Origin: a virus
Taxonomy: Duplodnaviria; Caudoviricetes
Strand: one strand, 5' to 3'
DNA: 63,032 nt
IMG/VR virus record: IMGVR_UViG_3300017766_001347
Location: 1 to 63,032 of that record
Translations under genes and position numbers: made by a program
Notes under the pieces: generated by a model
What the model saw: only the letters and a program-made list of their open reading frames with translations
Told to the model about the DNA's origin: nothing
Database searches by the model: none
Shown: positions 19,365-30,181 of the stretch, piece by piece
Position numbering within the stretch: position 1 is the first letter of the stretch
Layout: every line of letters starts with the position of its first letter

Positions 19365-21079
19365 TCCAATTCACAAAAATTCGATGGAAGAACCTGTTGA
19401 GTACGGGTAACACCTTCACCGAAGTCCGGTTGGACAAGCATCCAACCACACTGATATGTGGCGAAAACGGTGCGGGGAAAACCACGCTTTTGGATGCACT
19501 CACATTTGTTCTGTACGGAAAGCCGTATCGCGGAGTCAATCTGCCGCAACTGGTGAACTCCATCAATGGCAAAGACTGTGTAGTGGAAATAGAATTCACG
19601 GTTAATGGTAATTCCTACAAGGTTGTTCGTGGGCTGGCTCCGAAGGTTTTTGCAATGGAGTTGAATGGCAATCCAGTGGAACAGACCGCGAATGCCAAGG
19701 ACTATCAGGCGATTCTTGAAACGCAGGTCTTGAAGATGAACTACAAAACTTTCTGTCAAGTGGTCATTCTTGGCTCGACAAATTACATTCCATTTATGCG
19801 GCTGTCTGCGGGTGATCGCCGTGGTATCGTGGAAAACCTGTTAGATATTGATGTGTTCTCCAAGATGAACGATATGCTGAAGTCTCGTCTACAGGACGCA
19901 AAAGAGGAATTGCGTGGAATCGAAAGTGAGATTGCCACGCTCAAACTGAAATCCGAACACAAGAAGGATTTGATTTCAAAAATCGAACAGAAGTCAGATT
20001 CTCAGTTGGAGTCGTATCGCAATTCAGAACAGGAAGAGCAGAAGTCTCTTGATTCTCTGATTGAGCGCAAGGACGCTCTGCAACAGGAAATGACCGAATT
20101 GGTTGCGAACACTGCGGCAATAGAAGCCAAGCGTGACTCGCTGAACCAGTACTCCTCTCTGAAGAAGCAGATGAGCAGCGGAATCAAGAAGGCACAGGAA
20201 GAAAGCACCTTCTATCAGACGCATGAGGATTGCCCTGTGTGCAAGCACGATCTTCCACAGGAATTCCGTGATGAGATGATTGCAAAGAAGCAGTCCCGGC
20301 AGACGGAACTAGAAGTTGCGTTGAAGCAGTTGGAAGAGATGATCCGCAAGGAAAAGGAATCTCTTGATGCGCTGCTTGAACAAGCAGATGTTGTTGCGGA
20401 GAAGAAGACGGAGATTACCAAGACAGACACCGCAATCGCTTCTTCAAAGAAGTACATCAAGCAGTTGCGTGATCTGCAAGCCAAGACGGTGCAGGAGCGA
20501 GACAGCATACAGGCAGAGCGAATTGCATTGGAAGCCATCAGTGCCGATCAGGAAAAGAAGGAAAGCGACCGAAAGGCATCGGTCGAAGACATACACACAA
20601 TGGAGATTGCCACCGTTCTTCTCAAGGACAGCGGCATCAAGCGCAAGATCATCAAGAAATACATTCCTGCACTAAACAAGATCATCAACAAGTACTTGGT
20701 GACTATGGACTTCTTTGCACAGTTCACGCTTAATGAAGATTTCGTGGAAATCATCAAGAGTCGCCATCGTGACGAATTTTCATACGAGAACTTCAGCGAA
20801 GGCGAAAAACTGCGTATTGATGTGTCTCTGCTGTTGGCATGGCGTGACATAGCCAAGATGAAAAATTCAGCAAACACCAATCTGTTGATTCTTGACGAAG
20901 TGTTTGATTCATCTCTAGACGGTGTTGGAACAGAAGAGGTCATCAAGATTTTGCAAAATATGGGCGCGGCAAACAATGTATTCGTAATTAGCCACAAATC
21001 CGACCAACTGCTGGACAAATTTGCTAACATACTTACATTCAAGAAGGTGAACAACTTTAGCCGCATATGCACACCATGA
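19361..21079 (+). CDS. gp46: recombination ATPase gp46 (Rad50/SbcC-like)
   Basis: Walker A GENGAGKTT, coiled coil, CPVC zinc hook, FSEGE, LDEVFDSSLD. Confidence 0.96.
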   Translation: MIQFTKIRWKNLLSTGNTFTEVRLDKHPTTLICGENGAGKTTLLDALTFVLYGKPYRGVNLPQLVNSINGKDCVVEIEFTVNGNSYKVVRGLAPKVFAMELNGNPVEQTANAKDYQAILETQVLKMNYKTFCQVVILGSTNYIPFMRLSAGDRRGIVENLLDIDVFSKMNDMLKSRLQDAKEELRGIESEIATLKLKSEHKKDLISKIEQKSDSQLESYRNSEQEEQKSLDSLIERKDALQQEMTELVANTAAIEAKRDSLNQYSSLKKQMSSGIKKAQEESTFYQTHEDCPVCKHDLPQEFRDEMIAKKQSRQTELEVALKQLEEMIRKEKESLDALLEQADVVAEKKTEITKTDTAIASSKKYIKQLRDLQAKTVQERDSIQAERIALEAISADQEKKESDRKASVEDIHTMEIATVLLKDSGIKRKIIKKYIPALNKIINKYLVTMDFFAQFTLNEDFVEIIKSRHRDEFSYENFSEGEKLRIDVSLLLAWRDIAKMKNSANTNLLILDEVFDSSLDGVGTEEVIKILQNMGAANNVFVISHKSDQLLDKFANILTFKKVNNFSRICTP

Positions 21080-22182
21080 GCAAAAAACTATCCAAAGAAC
21101 GAGTGCAGAGAATCCTGAATGGTGGTTCCGAGCCGCTGTTCACCGCAGAGGACATGGCAACGGACGATAGCCGTGATCGCGCCATGAGTCGTGCCATGTA
21201 TTGGTACAGGCAGTCTTTCAGCACTGCTGCTGCCAAGGAATGGATCTCTGATTGGCTTGAAGAAAAAGGCCGTACGGAAGATGCCAAACTTGTCACCCGT
21301 GCATCGAAGAGCCATCTACGGCTTGTGTCGCCGTACTGCCGAATGCAAGCCCGTGGATACAAGTTCACGGAAGAGCAGCACGAAACAATTGAAAAATACA
21401 TTAGCGAACTCCTGAAGGACGCTCGTACCCATGTTCCCACCGATGAAGATGTTCCAAATATTCAAGACAGAGTACGGGCAAAGGCTAATCAGACTCTAGA
21501 AGAACTAGAGCCACTGTTTGACGATACATTCACCGGAGTCGCAGAGAAACGCTATAAGCCCGTCATAGCGTCTTGGATTTCTTCCAAGGACATGACTCGC
21601 CCTACTGCCATAATCGTTCGTGAGCGGCTAGAATCGGTTCTGGCAGAGGTTAAAGCGGCGTATACAAACACGGATCCTGATCTGGCAGAAGGATATTCAT
21701 ATTTGAAGAAATCATCCATGAAGCGCATCATTGAGATATTTGAAAGTGCTGTGTCGGAATTGAATTCAAAAATCAGTGGTCTGACTGCTGCCCGCAAGCC
21801 ACGAAAGCCGCGTACTGTAAACGCAGAAAAACTCATCAAGCGATTAAACTACATGGAAAAAGATCCAAAGTCAGGCTTTACTTCCTTGGATCCCCGTGGT
21901 ATAGTTGGTGGCGCAGGACTGATCGTGTTCAACACCAAGACCAACAAAGCAACCGTTTTCCATGCTGCTGAACCCAAGTTGGGCTTAAGCGTCAAGGGTT
22001 CCACCGTGACCGGATGGGACGAAAAGCGGTCGTTTGAGAAGACGGTTCGCAAGCCAGAACAGTGGTTGAAGCAGTCAAGTGGTTTTGGTGGCATGATGAA
22101 GTCTCTTGAGGATGTTAAAACCAAGTCCGCAACCCCAACAGGGAGGATCAACAAGCACTGCTTGTTGGTTAGAATCTTTTGA
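21076..22182 (+). CDS. hypothetical protein
   Basis: Long ORF coupled to gp46 (ATGA) and rnh; no catalytic motif recognised. Confidence 0.75.
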   Translation: MSKKLSKERVQRILNGGSEPLFTAEDMATDDSRDRAMSRAMYWYRQSFSTAAAKEWISDWLEEKGRTEDAKLVTRASKSHLRLVSPYCRMQARGYKFTEEQHETIEKYISELLKDARTHVPTDEDVPNIQDRVRAKANQTLEELEPLFDDTFTGVAEKRYKPVIASWISSKDMTRPTAIIVRERLESVLAEVKAAYTNTDPDLAEGYSYLKKSSMKRIIEIFESAVSELNSKISGLTAARKPRKPRTVNAEKLIKRLNYMEKDPKSGFTSLDPRGIVGGAGLIVFNTKTNKATVFHAAEPKLGLSVKGSTVTGWDEKRSFEKTVRKPEQWLKQSSGFGGMMKSLEDVKTKSATPTGRINKHCLLVRIF

Positions 22183-23033
22183 TCCTAGTAGACAACAGCC
22201 AAGTAATCATGTCGTCCTTGTTCGCACAGAGGGATTTGGACTACACCGATGAGTCCTTGATCCGTCATATGGTGCTGAACACCTACCGTATGTACCGCAA
22301 GCGTTTCGGAAATGAATACGGTGAACTAGTCCTGTGCCAAGAGGGGCGGGGCGGCGAGTATTCATGGCGGCGCAAGTTCTTTCCCCTGTACAAAGCAGCA
22401 AGGCGTGAGTCCCGCAAGGACAATCCCGACATGTGGAAGCGGTTCTACGAGATCATGGATTCCGTCAGAACCGAAGTACGAGAAGTGTTTCCGTACAAGA
22501 ACATTTCGGTGAGCGGCTGCGAAGCAGACGATGTTATTGCTGTTCTGACTCGTAATCTTCACCATAGTGAACCTGTTCTCATCTTGAGCGGGGACAAGGA
22601 TTTTGGGCAGTTGCAGGTGTATCCGGGAGTGAAGCAATACTCTCCCATGCAGAAGAAGTTTGTGGTGGTTGACAATCCAAAGAGTTTCCTGTTTGAACAC
22701 ATCGTGAAGGGCGATTCTTCAGACGGTGTTCCCAATGTTCTCTCCGATGATGACTGTTTCGTGACGGATGGAAAGCGACAGAAGCCCATCACACGGAAGC
22801 GGTTGGAAGAACTAGAGAAGTCTTGGGCAGAGAGCGGTAAGGTTCCTGATGCCGTTGCTGCCAATTGGAACAGAAACGAGACACTAATCTCGCATCTGTG
22901 CATTCCTTCAGAGTACGAAACCCGTATCATGGAGGAATGGAACAAGCCGTTCGCCGCTAATCGCTCCAAGATTTTGGGGTACATGATTAGCAAGGGATTG
23001 AAGAATCTAATTTCAGAAATAGGAGACTTTTGA
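22179..23033 (+). CDS. rnh: RNase H / 5'-3' exonuclease (T4 rnh)
   Basis: MILVD, WRR..FP.YK..R, EADDVI, SGDKDF.QL, GD.SDGVPN. Confidence 0.94.
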   Translation: MILVDNSQVIMSSLFAQRDLDYTDESLIRHMVLNTYRMYRKRFGNEYGELVLCQEGRGGEYSWRRKFFPLYKAARRESRKDNPDMWKRFYEIMDSVRTEVREVFPYKNISVSGCEADDVIAVLTRNLHHSEPVLILSGDKDFGQLQVYPGVKQYSPMQKKFVVVDNPKSFLFEHIVKGDSSDGVPNVLSDDDCFVTDGKRQKPITRKRLEELEKSWAESGKVPDAVAANWNRNETLISHLCIPSEYETRIMEEWNKPFAANRSKILGYMISKGLKNLISEIGDF

Positions 23034-23212
23034 TGGAACAGCCTAGAAATTGGGACGATATGGATCGTGCCGCAAAGAAGGCTCGTAAGAGTGCTTCTGT
23101 CAAGAAGAAGCGTGGAAAGCGGCATCAAGACCGCCAAGAGTTGCGTAACTGGCTAAACGATCTAAATTCAGGCAGAAAGGGACGATACGATGAGTACGGC
23201 GACGAAGAGTGA
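23033..23212 (+). CDS. small basic hypothetical protein
   Basis: ATG overlaps rnh stop; SD AGGAG; Lys/Arg-rich. Confidence 0.55.
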   Translation: MEQPRNWDDMDRAAKKARKSASVKKKRGKRHQDRQELRNWLNDLNSGRKGRYDEYGDEE

Positions 23213-23891
23213 GACAATGAAGATTTCTAAGCGGACTTTGGACATCCTCAAGAATTTTGCGGGGATCAACACAGGCATCTTGGTGAACGAAGGCAATACG
23301 ATTAGTACCCTTTCCAACACCAAGAGCATTTTTGCGGAAGCAAAGGTGGATGAAACCTTTGCCCGTCAGTTTGCCCTGTGGGATTTGAACAAGTTTCTTG
23401 GAACGGTGAGTCTGTTCAAGGATCCGGAATTCGTCTTTGAGCAGAACTACATCACTATTCAGAACGGCAAGTCAAGTCTGAAGTACTACTACTGTGATCC
23501 GAAGTTGGTGCTGTCCACCAACAAGAAGATCAACATGCCCAAGGCTGTGGTGTCGTTCACCCTGCTGTCCAAGGATTTCTCGGAAATCCTGAAGGCAGCA
23601 TCGGTGCTTCAGGTTCAGCACCTTTGCGTTGAACCAACAGAAGACGGCAAGCAAGTGCAGATTGTTGCCCGTGACAAGGACGACAGCACCTCCAATCAGT
23701 ATTCTTTGGTGGTTGGAGAAAACGACAGCGGTGCCAATTTTGAGTTTATTTTCGATGTGGAGAATTTGAAGATTCTCCCCGGAGACTATCAGGTAGAGAT
23801 TTCCGAAAAGGTGGTGAGCAAGTTCTCAAACAAGAACGAGCCACTTTCGTATTGGATTGCTCTGCATGCTGATTCTAGTTACACCCCCTGA
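23190..23891 (+). CDS. gp45: DNA polymerase sliding clamp gp45
   Basis: MKISK.TL.ILKNFA.IN, DLN.FL, ENLKILPGDY.V, YWIAL. Confidence 0.94.
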   Translation: MSTATKSETMKISKRTLDILKNFAGINTGILVNEGNTISTLSNTKSIFAEAKVDETFARQFALWDLNKFLGTVSLFKDPEFVFEQNYITIQNGKSSLKYYYCDPKLVLSTNKKINMPKAVVSFTLLSKDFSEILKAASVLQVQHLCVEPTEDGKQVQIVARDKDDSTSNQYSLVVGENDSGANFEFIFDVENLKILPGDYQVEISEKVVSKFSNKNEPLSYWIALHADSSYTP

Positions 23892-23899
23892 AAGGAAAC

Positions 23900-24853
23900 A
23901 TGAATACCAACGAAACCGTGAAGGGTCTTTGGGTTGAGAGATACCGTCCGCAACGAGTTGAGGACTGTATCTTGCCACAGGACACACAGGAAGCGTTCGC
24001 CCAAATGGTGAAGCGCAACGAACCGCAGAACTTGCTCCTGTCAGGAGGAGCGGGTTGCGGAAAGACCTCTGTGGCAAAGGCACTGTGCAATGATCTTGGA
24101 TGTGATTGGTTGATGGTTAACTGCTCGGAAGACGGCAACATCGACACACTACGCACCAAGATTCGCCAATTTGCGTCAACGGTGAGCCTCACCGATGGTG
24201 TTAAGAAGGTGGTCATTCTAGACGAGTTTGACTATTCAAACGCACAGTCCACTCAACCCGCCCTTCGCGGTTTCATTGAGGAGTTTGCGGCTAACTGCCG
24301 ATTCATCTTGACTTGCAATTTCAAGAATCGCGTGATTGAGCCACTGCACTCCAGATGCACTTGCATTGACTTCAGAATCCCTCAGAAGGAAAAGGCAAAA
24401 CTGGCTGTTCGCTTCCTGAAGCGGGCAGAGGATATCTTGAAGCGTGAAGGGATTGAATACGATCAGAAAGTGGTTGCCCAACTCGTTGGCAAGTATTTCC
24501 CTGACTTCCGCCGTACCCTGAACGAGTTGCAGCGGTATTCCGCTTGCGGCAAGATTGATGTTGGTATTCTTAATTCCATTGCCGATGTACAGATCAAGGA
24601 ATTGGTCAAGTGCATGAAGAGCAGGGATTTTGCGGGTGTTCGCAAGTGGGTGGTGGAGAACTTGGACAACGACACTACTCGGATATTCCGTGCGGTGTAT
24701 GACGGGCTTTACGAAAACTTGGAAGGCGGTTCCATCCCACAAGCGATTCTTATTCTTGCGGACTATCAGTACAAGGCAGCGTTTGCTGCTGACGCAGAGA
24801 TCAACCTGACTGCTTGCATGGCACAACTAATGATGGAGTGTAAGTTCAAGTGA
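23900..24853 (+). CDS. gp44: clamp loader large subunit gp44
   Basis: LWVERYRP, G.GKTS, ILDEFD, PLHSRC, FPDFRR.LNELQ. Confidence 0.96.
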   Translation: MNTNETVKGLWVERYRPQRVEDCILPQDTQEAFAQMVKRNEPQNLLLSGGAGCGKTSVAKALCNDLGCDWLMVNCSEDGNIDTLRTKIRQFASTVSLTDGVKKVVILDEFDYSNAQSTQPALRGFIEEFAANCRFILTCNFKNRVIEPLHSRCTCIDFRIPQKEKAKLAVRFLKRAEDILKREGIEYDQKVVAQLVGKYFPDFRRTLNELQRYSACGKIDVGILNSIADVQIKELVKCMKSRDFAGVRKWVVENLDNDTTRIFRAVYDGLYENLEGGSIPQAILILADYQYKAAFAADAEINLTACMAQLMMECKFK

Positions 24854-25236
24854 GCCATCAACTCTCTGATTATTTGAAAGCCATCAACGAAACAAAGGAA
24901 CCGCTGATGGACACCCCGGAATGGGGAAAGCCGTCCTATCCCGCGTTTGTGGTGGGGCGTTGCCTGTCGTATTTCCCCGATACGGTGTTTCCCGTGAATG
25001 AAATGAATATTCGACCGGGAATAGACCCCAAGATGCATTTTGATTTTCTTCGGGGTGCCGTTCGCAAGCGCAAGCGGTTCTCCAAGTGGTTGAAGCGGGA
25101 ACAGGACGAACGGGTTCAGGCGTTGATTGAATATTACGGCATGTCCGCAAAGAAAGCCCGAGAAGCACTCTTGGTGCTGACCGAGACTCAAGTATCTGAA
25201 ATTGTGCAAGCCGTTTCCAAAGGTGGAAAGCGGTAG
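24850..25236 (+). CDS. gp62: clamp loader small subunit gp62
   Basis: DYL.AIN..K, CLSYF.DT, NEMN, RKRKRFSKW. Confidence 0.92.
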   Translation: MSHQLSDYLKAINETKEPLMDTPEWGKPSYPAFVVGRCLSYFPDTVFPVNEMNIRPGIDPKMHFDFLRGAVRKRKRFSKWLKREQDERVQALIEYYGMSAKKAREALLVLTETQVSEIVQAVSKGGKR

Positions 25237-25240
25237 CAAA

Positions 25241-25247
25241 CTAAATA
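25241..25247 (+). promoter_or_regulatory. late promoter-like motif (CTAAATA) upstream of regA
   Basis: Intergenic; same motif as before gp13, the core protein and the tail fibre. Confidence 0.5.
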
Positions 25248-25287
25248 GTTCTGTGTCTGAATGTAATTTTTAGAAAGTGGTATAGAC

Positions 25288-25728
25288 ATGGAACAACCAA
25301 ACGAACGATATATTGATCTTGAACCGAAAGACCTTCTTGAAGTCACGATTGCAAAGCCCGATGACTTTCTGAAAGTGCGTGAAACCCTGACGCGGATCGG
25401 GGTGTCTTCCCGAAAAGAAAAGAAGTTGTGGCAGTCTTGTCACATACTCCACAAGCGTGGCAGGTACTACATTGTCCACTTCAAGGAGATGTTTGCGCTT
25501 GATGACCTGCCCACTTCCATCGACTCTGAAGACATCGGGCGGCGCAACACCATTGCGTGTCTGCTTGAAGAGTGGGGGCTGCTGAAGATCGTGGACAAAA
25601 ACAAGATTGCAGACAAGGTTCCCCTCAACAAAATAAAGATCCTGCCCCACAAGGAAAAGGGAGAATGGGAATTGTGTCCTAAATACCACATAGGACGGAG
25701 CAAACCCGGACACAAGACTGAAGACTAA
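25288..25728 (+). CDS. regA: translational repressor RegA
   Basis: PDDFLKVRETLTRIGV, LWQSCHILHKRG.YYIVHFKE.F.LD, RRNTIA.LL.EWGL. Confidence 0.97.
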   Translation: MEQPNERYIDLEPKDLLEVTIAKPDDFLKVRETLTRIGVSSRKEKKLWQSCHILHKRGRYYIVHFKEMFALDDLPTSIDSEDIGRRNTIACLLEEWGLLKIVDKNKIADKVPLNKIKILPHKEKGEWELCPKYHIGRSKPGHKTED

Positions 25729-25744
25729 ACAGGAGATATTCGTA

Positions 25745-26452
25745 ATGAGCAGACTAGTGATTAAGTTTCCGACCCGGAATCGTCCGGACAAGTTCAAAGC
25801 CGTTTTCACCCGCTACCTCACTTTTTTGAGTGGGCGACACGATGTTCGTTTCATCATCACGATGGACGAAGACGATGCCACCATGAACAATTCTGCGATG
25901 CAACAGTGGATTTCCACTCGCGCAGGAAACGCTCATGTTGAGTGCTTCTACGGTCAGTCCAAGAGCAAAATTGAAGCCTGTAATGCCAATCTAGAAGGCG
26001 TTGACGGCGATGTACTGCTGCTTGCCTCCGATGACATGGTTCCTGTACAGATGGGATATGATGACATCATCTTCCGCTGCTTTGAGCAAGCGTTTCCGGA
26101 TTACGATGGAGCCATCAAGTTTTGGGATGGGTTGCGCCCGAAGGAAGATCCGCTGATGACCCTGACGGTCATGGGATTTCCTCTGTACAAGCGGTTTGGG
26201 TACATCTACAATCCCGAATACAAGTCCCTGTACTGCGACAACGAACAGACACAGGTGTGTGCTGCTTTGAACAAACTGCGCCGCTGTGACATATGCATTA
26301 TTCAGCATCAGTGGACAGCAGAGCCGTTTGATGCGCTTCATGCCCGTAACGAAAATCGTGAAATGTACGGAGTAGACGGTGAGACATTCAAGCGGAGAGC
26401 CGCCAACAAATTTGACATGGAGACTATGTTTAATGCCAGTACCCGAATCTGA
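25745..26452 (+). CDS. glycosyltransferase, GT2-like (GT-A fold)
   Basis: KFPTRNRP, SKI.A.N, ASDDM, Y.SLYCDNE. Confidence 0.75.
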   Translation: MSRLVIKFPTRNRPDKFKAVFTRYLTFLSGRHDVRFIITMDEDDATMNNSAMQQWISTRAGNAHVECFYGQSKSKIEACNANLEGVDGDVLLLASDDMVPVQMGYDDIIFRCFEQAFPDYDGAIKFWDGLRPKEDPLMTLTVMGFPLYKRFGYIYNPEYKSLYCDNEQTQVCAALNKLRRCDICIIQHQWTAEPFDALHARNENREMYGVDGETFKRRAANKFDMETMFNASTRI

Positions 26453-27077
26453 AATCAAGTTAAGTGTACTAATTCTTTCCATTCCTTCTCGTATGGAATC
26501 GCTATCCGCATCCATGCAGGAATTGCAGAGACAGGCAGACGCAACCGGAAAAGCCAAGTCCGTAGAGGTTCTTGCCTTCTTGGACAACCGCTCACAAACC
26601 ATTTCAGAAAAGCGAAATGTGCTGCTTGCGGCGGCGCGTGGTGAATACCTTGCGTTCTTGGACGACGATGACGGTTTCAGCAAGGAGTACATTGCAAAGA
26701 TTCTGCATGCGATAGAAACCAATCGCGGAGTGGACTGTATTACTTTCGATCAGTGGTGCAATATTGACGGTGAACCAATGACTGTTAATTTTGGCATCGG
26801 AAATCCTCACTCCGGTCTGTACCGTGACGAAGAAGGTTTCTTGGTAGACATCAAGCGTCCACCGTACCATATGTGCGTGTGGAAGACCAGCATTGCACAG
26901 AGCGAGTCATTTAGACCTATGATTGGGGCAAACGGTCAGTCTTACGGAGAAGACCTTGATTGGCTGATGCGGCTGTATCCCAAGATTCAGACCGAACACC
27001 ACATTGACGATACTCTTCACAATTACATTTACAACTCCAAGACAACAACATCTCTGGTGGCACAAGGAAACACATGA
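26433..27077 (+). CDS. glycosyltransferase family 2
   Basis: LSVLI, EKRN.LL..ARGEY.AFLDDDD, GED.DW. Confidence 0.88.
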   Translation: MPVPESEIKLSVLILSIPSRMESLSASMQELQRQADATGKAKSVEVLAFLDNRSQTISEKRNVLLAAARGEYLAFLDDDDGFSKEYIAKILHAIETNRGVDCITFDQWCNIDGEPMTVNFGIGNPHSGLYRDEEGFLVDIKRPPYHMCVWKTSIAQSESFRPMIGANGQSYGEDLDWLMRLYPKIQTEHHIDDTLHNYIYNSKTTTSLVAQGNT

Positions 27078-27787
27078 ACATTCTATTGAATTATTCAAGT
27101 GGTGGACGATTTTCGCAAGCACAACTATACAATTGTCAGACTGGACTGGCAGCAGGATTCAATGTTGTATATCGCATGACTGATGCTGACATCGACAAGC
27201 AGTTTGCCACAGAACACGAACATATTCTGAAGCAGAAAAGGGGTGCTGGATACTGGTTGTGGAAACCTTATTTCGTTGACCGTTTCATACAGACCATAGG
27301 AGAGGATGATGTTCTATTCTATTCTGACTCTGGTTCACACTTCGTCAAGGTGATGGAACCCATCTTCAATGCTGTACGGAGAGATTCGAATGGGGTTATA
27401 GCATTCAATCTATCAGGCGGTCATATTGAAAAAGAGTACACCAAACGAGACATATTTCGGGCTATAGGTGCAGATTCAGCGGAATACAAGGACACCCCAC
27501 AAAGAATGGCTAGTTTCATGGCTTTTCGTGGAACTCCATTTGCCAAGGCATTTGTCCGCGAATATCTGAATCTGTGCTGCAATGCCCAACTCATTACAGA
27601 TCAGCCAAATTCCGATGGATGGGTAGAACCGGGATTTCGTGATAATAGGCACGATCAGTCCATCTGGAGTGTATTGACAAAGAAGCATCGAATAACAGTT
27701 CTTCCTGATATTTCTCAGTGGGGTATCATACACAAGGAAACCACTGAAGCGGACATGTACATAAACCACACTAGGAACGATCAATGA
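27074..27787 (+). CDS. putative glycosyltransferase-like protein
   Basis: RGAGYWLWKPY, YSDSG, RHDQSI.S motifs of a family common in polysaccharide loci. Confidence 0.6.
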   Translation: MNILLNYSSGGRFSQAQLYNCQTGLAAGFNVVYRMTDADIDKQFATEHEHILKQKRGAGYWLWKPYFVDRFIQTIGEDDVLFYSDSGSHFVKVMEPIFNAVRRDSNGVIAFNLSGGHIEKEYTKRDIFRAIGADSAEYKDTPQRMASFMAFRGTPFAKAFVREYLNLCCNAQLITDQPNSDGWVEPGFRDNRHDQSIWSVLTKKHRITVLPDISQWGIIHKETTEADMYINHTRNDQ

Positions 27788-28617
27788 ACATCGACATCGT
27801 GACATTTTCTTGTGATTCGACTCCCATCTATTATGAGTTCTGGAAACCTATCTCCAAGCACTGGAAAACCAAGTTTGGAATTCACCCTGTCCTTCTGTAC
27901 TGCGGAGACAAGAACATAGACTTGTCGGAGGAATACGGAACGGTTCATCGTGTACCTTCTGTTTCAGGTGTGGCAGATTATCACTCAGCAACATGGGGTC
28001 GATTTTGGATAACCAAAAAGTATCCCGGTAAGGTTTGCATCACCGGAGACATTGATATGATTCCACTGTCTCGTAAGTTTTTTGTTGACGATGTTGTAAA
28101 ATTCAACGAGGACACTTATGTTCATTTGAATTCCGGTTGGTACTACGGAAACAACACCGAAACATGGAAACAGGAATACAACATCATATCAGCATACTAT
28201 CATGTCGCCACCGGAAAGGTTTTTGATGATGTGTATGGATTCGAAGACGATTTTTCTGATGAGATGCGAAAGTTTGAATCTGTAGATTACACAGGAAAAA
28301 ACAAAGGGGTAGGAATCGGGTACGCCCCACTTCGTGATGTTGCAAATCATCTAAAGCACGCCAGCAGCGAAATGGGCGGTAAATGGGGGCAGGACGAATT
28401 GTATTCTACTGATCTGATGCGTAAGTATTTGAATAGCGGCGGAAAGGTTAATACTGAAACAAAGATTCAGAGAAACCAAAGGATAGATCGGAGTCATTGG
28501 GAATACTATCCACAATTGGTCTTTGAAGGAACTCACTATGTGGATTCTCATCTGCTTCGCCCATATTCAGGAGAAGCACAGAGACACATTGATTTTCTTA
28601 TGCATCTTGTTCCATGA
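27784..28617 (+). CDS. putative glycosyltransferase (DxD)
   Basis: TGDIDMIPLS DxD motif; WGQDE; RIDR; island context. Confidence 0.55.
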   Translation: MNIDIVTFSCDSTPIYYEFWKPISKHWKTKFGIHPVLLYCGDKNIDLSEEYGTVHRVPSVSGVADYHSATWGRFWITKKYPGKVCITGDIDMIPLSRKFFVDDVVKFNEDTYVHLNSGWYYGNNTETWKQEYNIISAYYHVATGKVFDDVYGFEDDFSDEMRKFESVDYTGKNKGVGIGYAPLRDVANHLKHASSEMGGKWGQDELYSTDLMRKYLNSGGKVNTETKIQRNQRIDRSHWEYYPQLVFEGTHYVDSHLLRPYSGEAQRHIDFLMHLVP

Positions 28618-29495
28618 TAGACATACAACCTTCCGAAATAATAAGATCACAAAACTTCATCCAACGCTGTGATTTTTGGTTTGCGATAACGGCGTTGAAT
28701 GGTGCTTTTCCTTTTCCAAACACCGCACAACAAGTTGTGCGGAGAAGCGAGTCTTTTGGCGATTACATAAATCAATTTGATGTGGATCTGTTAAAGCCGG
28801 ATTCGGTGGTCTTTTGTAAGTTTGATTATTTGCAGCACTTGGCAGACTATCTTCAATTCAAGAATTGCAACAAGCCTTTCGTTCTTTTGACGGGTCAAAG
28901 TGATTTTTCAATAACGGATCATGCTTTTGGCTATATGAAGTCTAGGCTCTCTCATCCCTTGAACTGGTGGGGCTGCAACAATGAATCTGATTTGGCAAAC
29001 GGAATTCCTTTGGGGATAGCAGATGATTTCTGTAAACTGACTGTCAAAGAGGGATTCTGCAAAACCAAAGGGACTCGTTTACTGTATGTCAATCACCGGA
29101 TTGATACATTTCCTATGGTCAGAAAACCTTTGTATGAATTGTTTTCTGATAAGAGTTGGTCAACAGTTCGTGTTCCTAGCGAAAAAGGAACAGCAGGATC
29201 GTATCGTGAAGAACTTCTAGATCACAAATTCATGCTGTGTCCTCGCGGGAATGGGGTAGATACTCACCGTATGTGGGAAGCCCTTTATTGCGGCGTGATT
29301 CCGATTGTTCAACGACACAAGACGCATTGTGGATTGGAAGGAAATCTTCCGATTCTTTTTGTTGACTCTTTTTACGAAGTCACAGAAGACTTGCTGAAAC
29401 AGACTTACGAAGAGTTCAAAACAAAAACATGGAACACAGACATGCTGAAGGTGTCTTGGTGGATGAAACAAATGAAGGAGTCTACGAATGGATAA
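28614..29495 (+). CDS. exostosin-like glycosyltransferase (GT47)
   Basis: KF.LCPRGNG.DTHR.WEALY.G.IPIV. Confidence 0.8.
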   Translation: MIDIQPSEIIRSQNFIQRCDFWFAITALNGAFPFPNTAQQVVRRSESFGDYINQFDVDLLKPDSVVFCKFDYLQHLADYLQFKNCNKPFVLLTGQSDFSITDHAFGYMKSRLSHPLNWWGCNNESDLANGIPLGIADDFCKLTVKEGFCKTKGTRLLYVNHRIDTFPMVRKPLYELFSDKSWSTVRVPSEKGTAGSYREELLDHKFMLCPRGNGVDTHRMWEALYCGVIPIVQRHKTHCGLEGNLPILFVDSFYEVTEDLLKQTYEEFKTKTWNTDMLKVSWWMKQMKESTNG

Positions 29496-30171
29496 CAAAT
29501 TTCCAAAAATCATCTATCAGACATGGTTTACCAAAAATATACCGAGCAAAATACAGGAAAGCATATCACACATGCTTAGAATGAATCCGCAGTACGGATA
29601 TGAACTGTCTGACGATGCTGACATGCTTTCTTTTATAGAAGAGAATTACGACAAAGAAATATTGGATTGTTTTTTGTCCCTGAAGATAGGAGCGGCAAAG
29701 GCTGATTTATGGAGATACCTAAAACTGTACAAAACTGGTGGTGTTTACATAGACATAGATTCTGTGATTGTTGGAAGATTAGATGAACTGATATCCGATG
29801 ACAATTGCTCTATCATCAGCAGAGAAACCAATCCCGGAAAATTTGTGCAGTGGTGCTTGATGTTTATGCCCAATCATCCGATTTTGAAGTTGTGCATAGA
29901 CTCTTGTGTTGACAACATAAAGAACCAAAAGTACAAAAATGTGTTGCAATTAACAGGACCTGTGGTATACTCTGATTCTGTAAAACGCTTTTTCAACGAT
30001 TGGGATGTCTATAGCAAGACAGATGAGCAAGTAAATTCACAGAAGAAAACTACGGGTGTACGATTTCACTCCTTTGATTATAGCGGATACGCTTATTTCG
30101 AACATCCAAACAAGTCAGAACTGTATGTGAGTAAGCCACACTGGACTGTTGAACAGGCTAGGCAAAACTAG
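29488..30171 (+). CDS. glycosyltransferase GT32 (Och1-like, DxD)
   Basis: PKIIYQTW, ADLWRY..LY..GGVYIDID, TGP. Confidence 0.9.
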   Translation: MDNKFPKIIYQTWFTKNIPSKIQESISHMLRMNPQYGYELSDDADMLSFIEENYDKEILDCFLSLKIGAAKADLWRYLKLYKTGGVYIDIDSVIVGRLDELISDDNCSIISRETNPGKFVQWCLMFMPNHPILKLCIDSCVDNIKNQKYKNVLQLTGPVVYSDSVKRFFNDWDVYSKTDEQVNSQKKTTGVRFHSFDYSGYAYFEHPNKSELYVSKPHWTVEQARQN

Positions 30172-30181
30172 GAGACAAGAT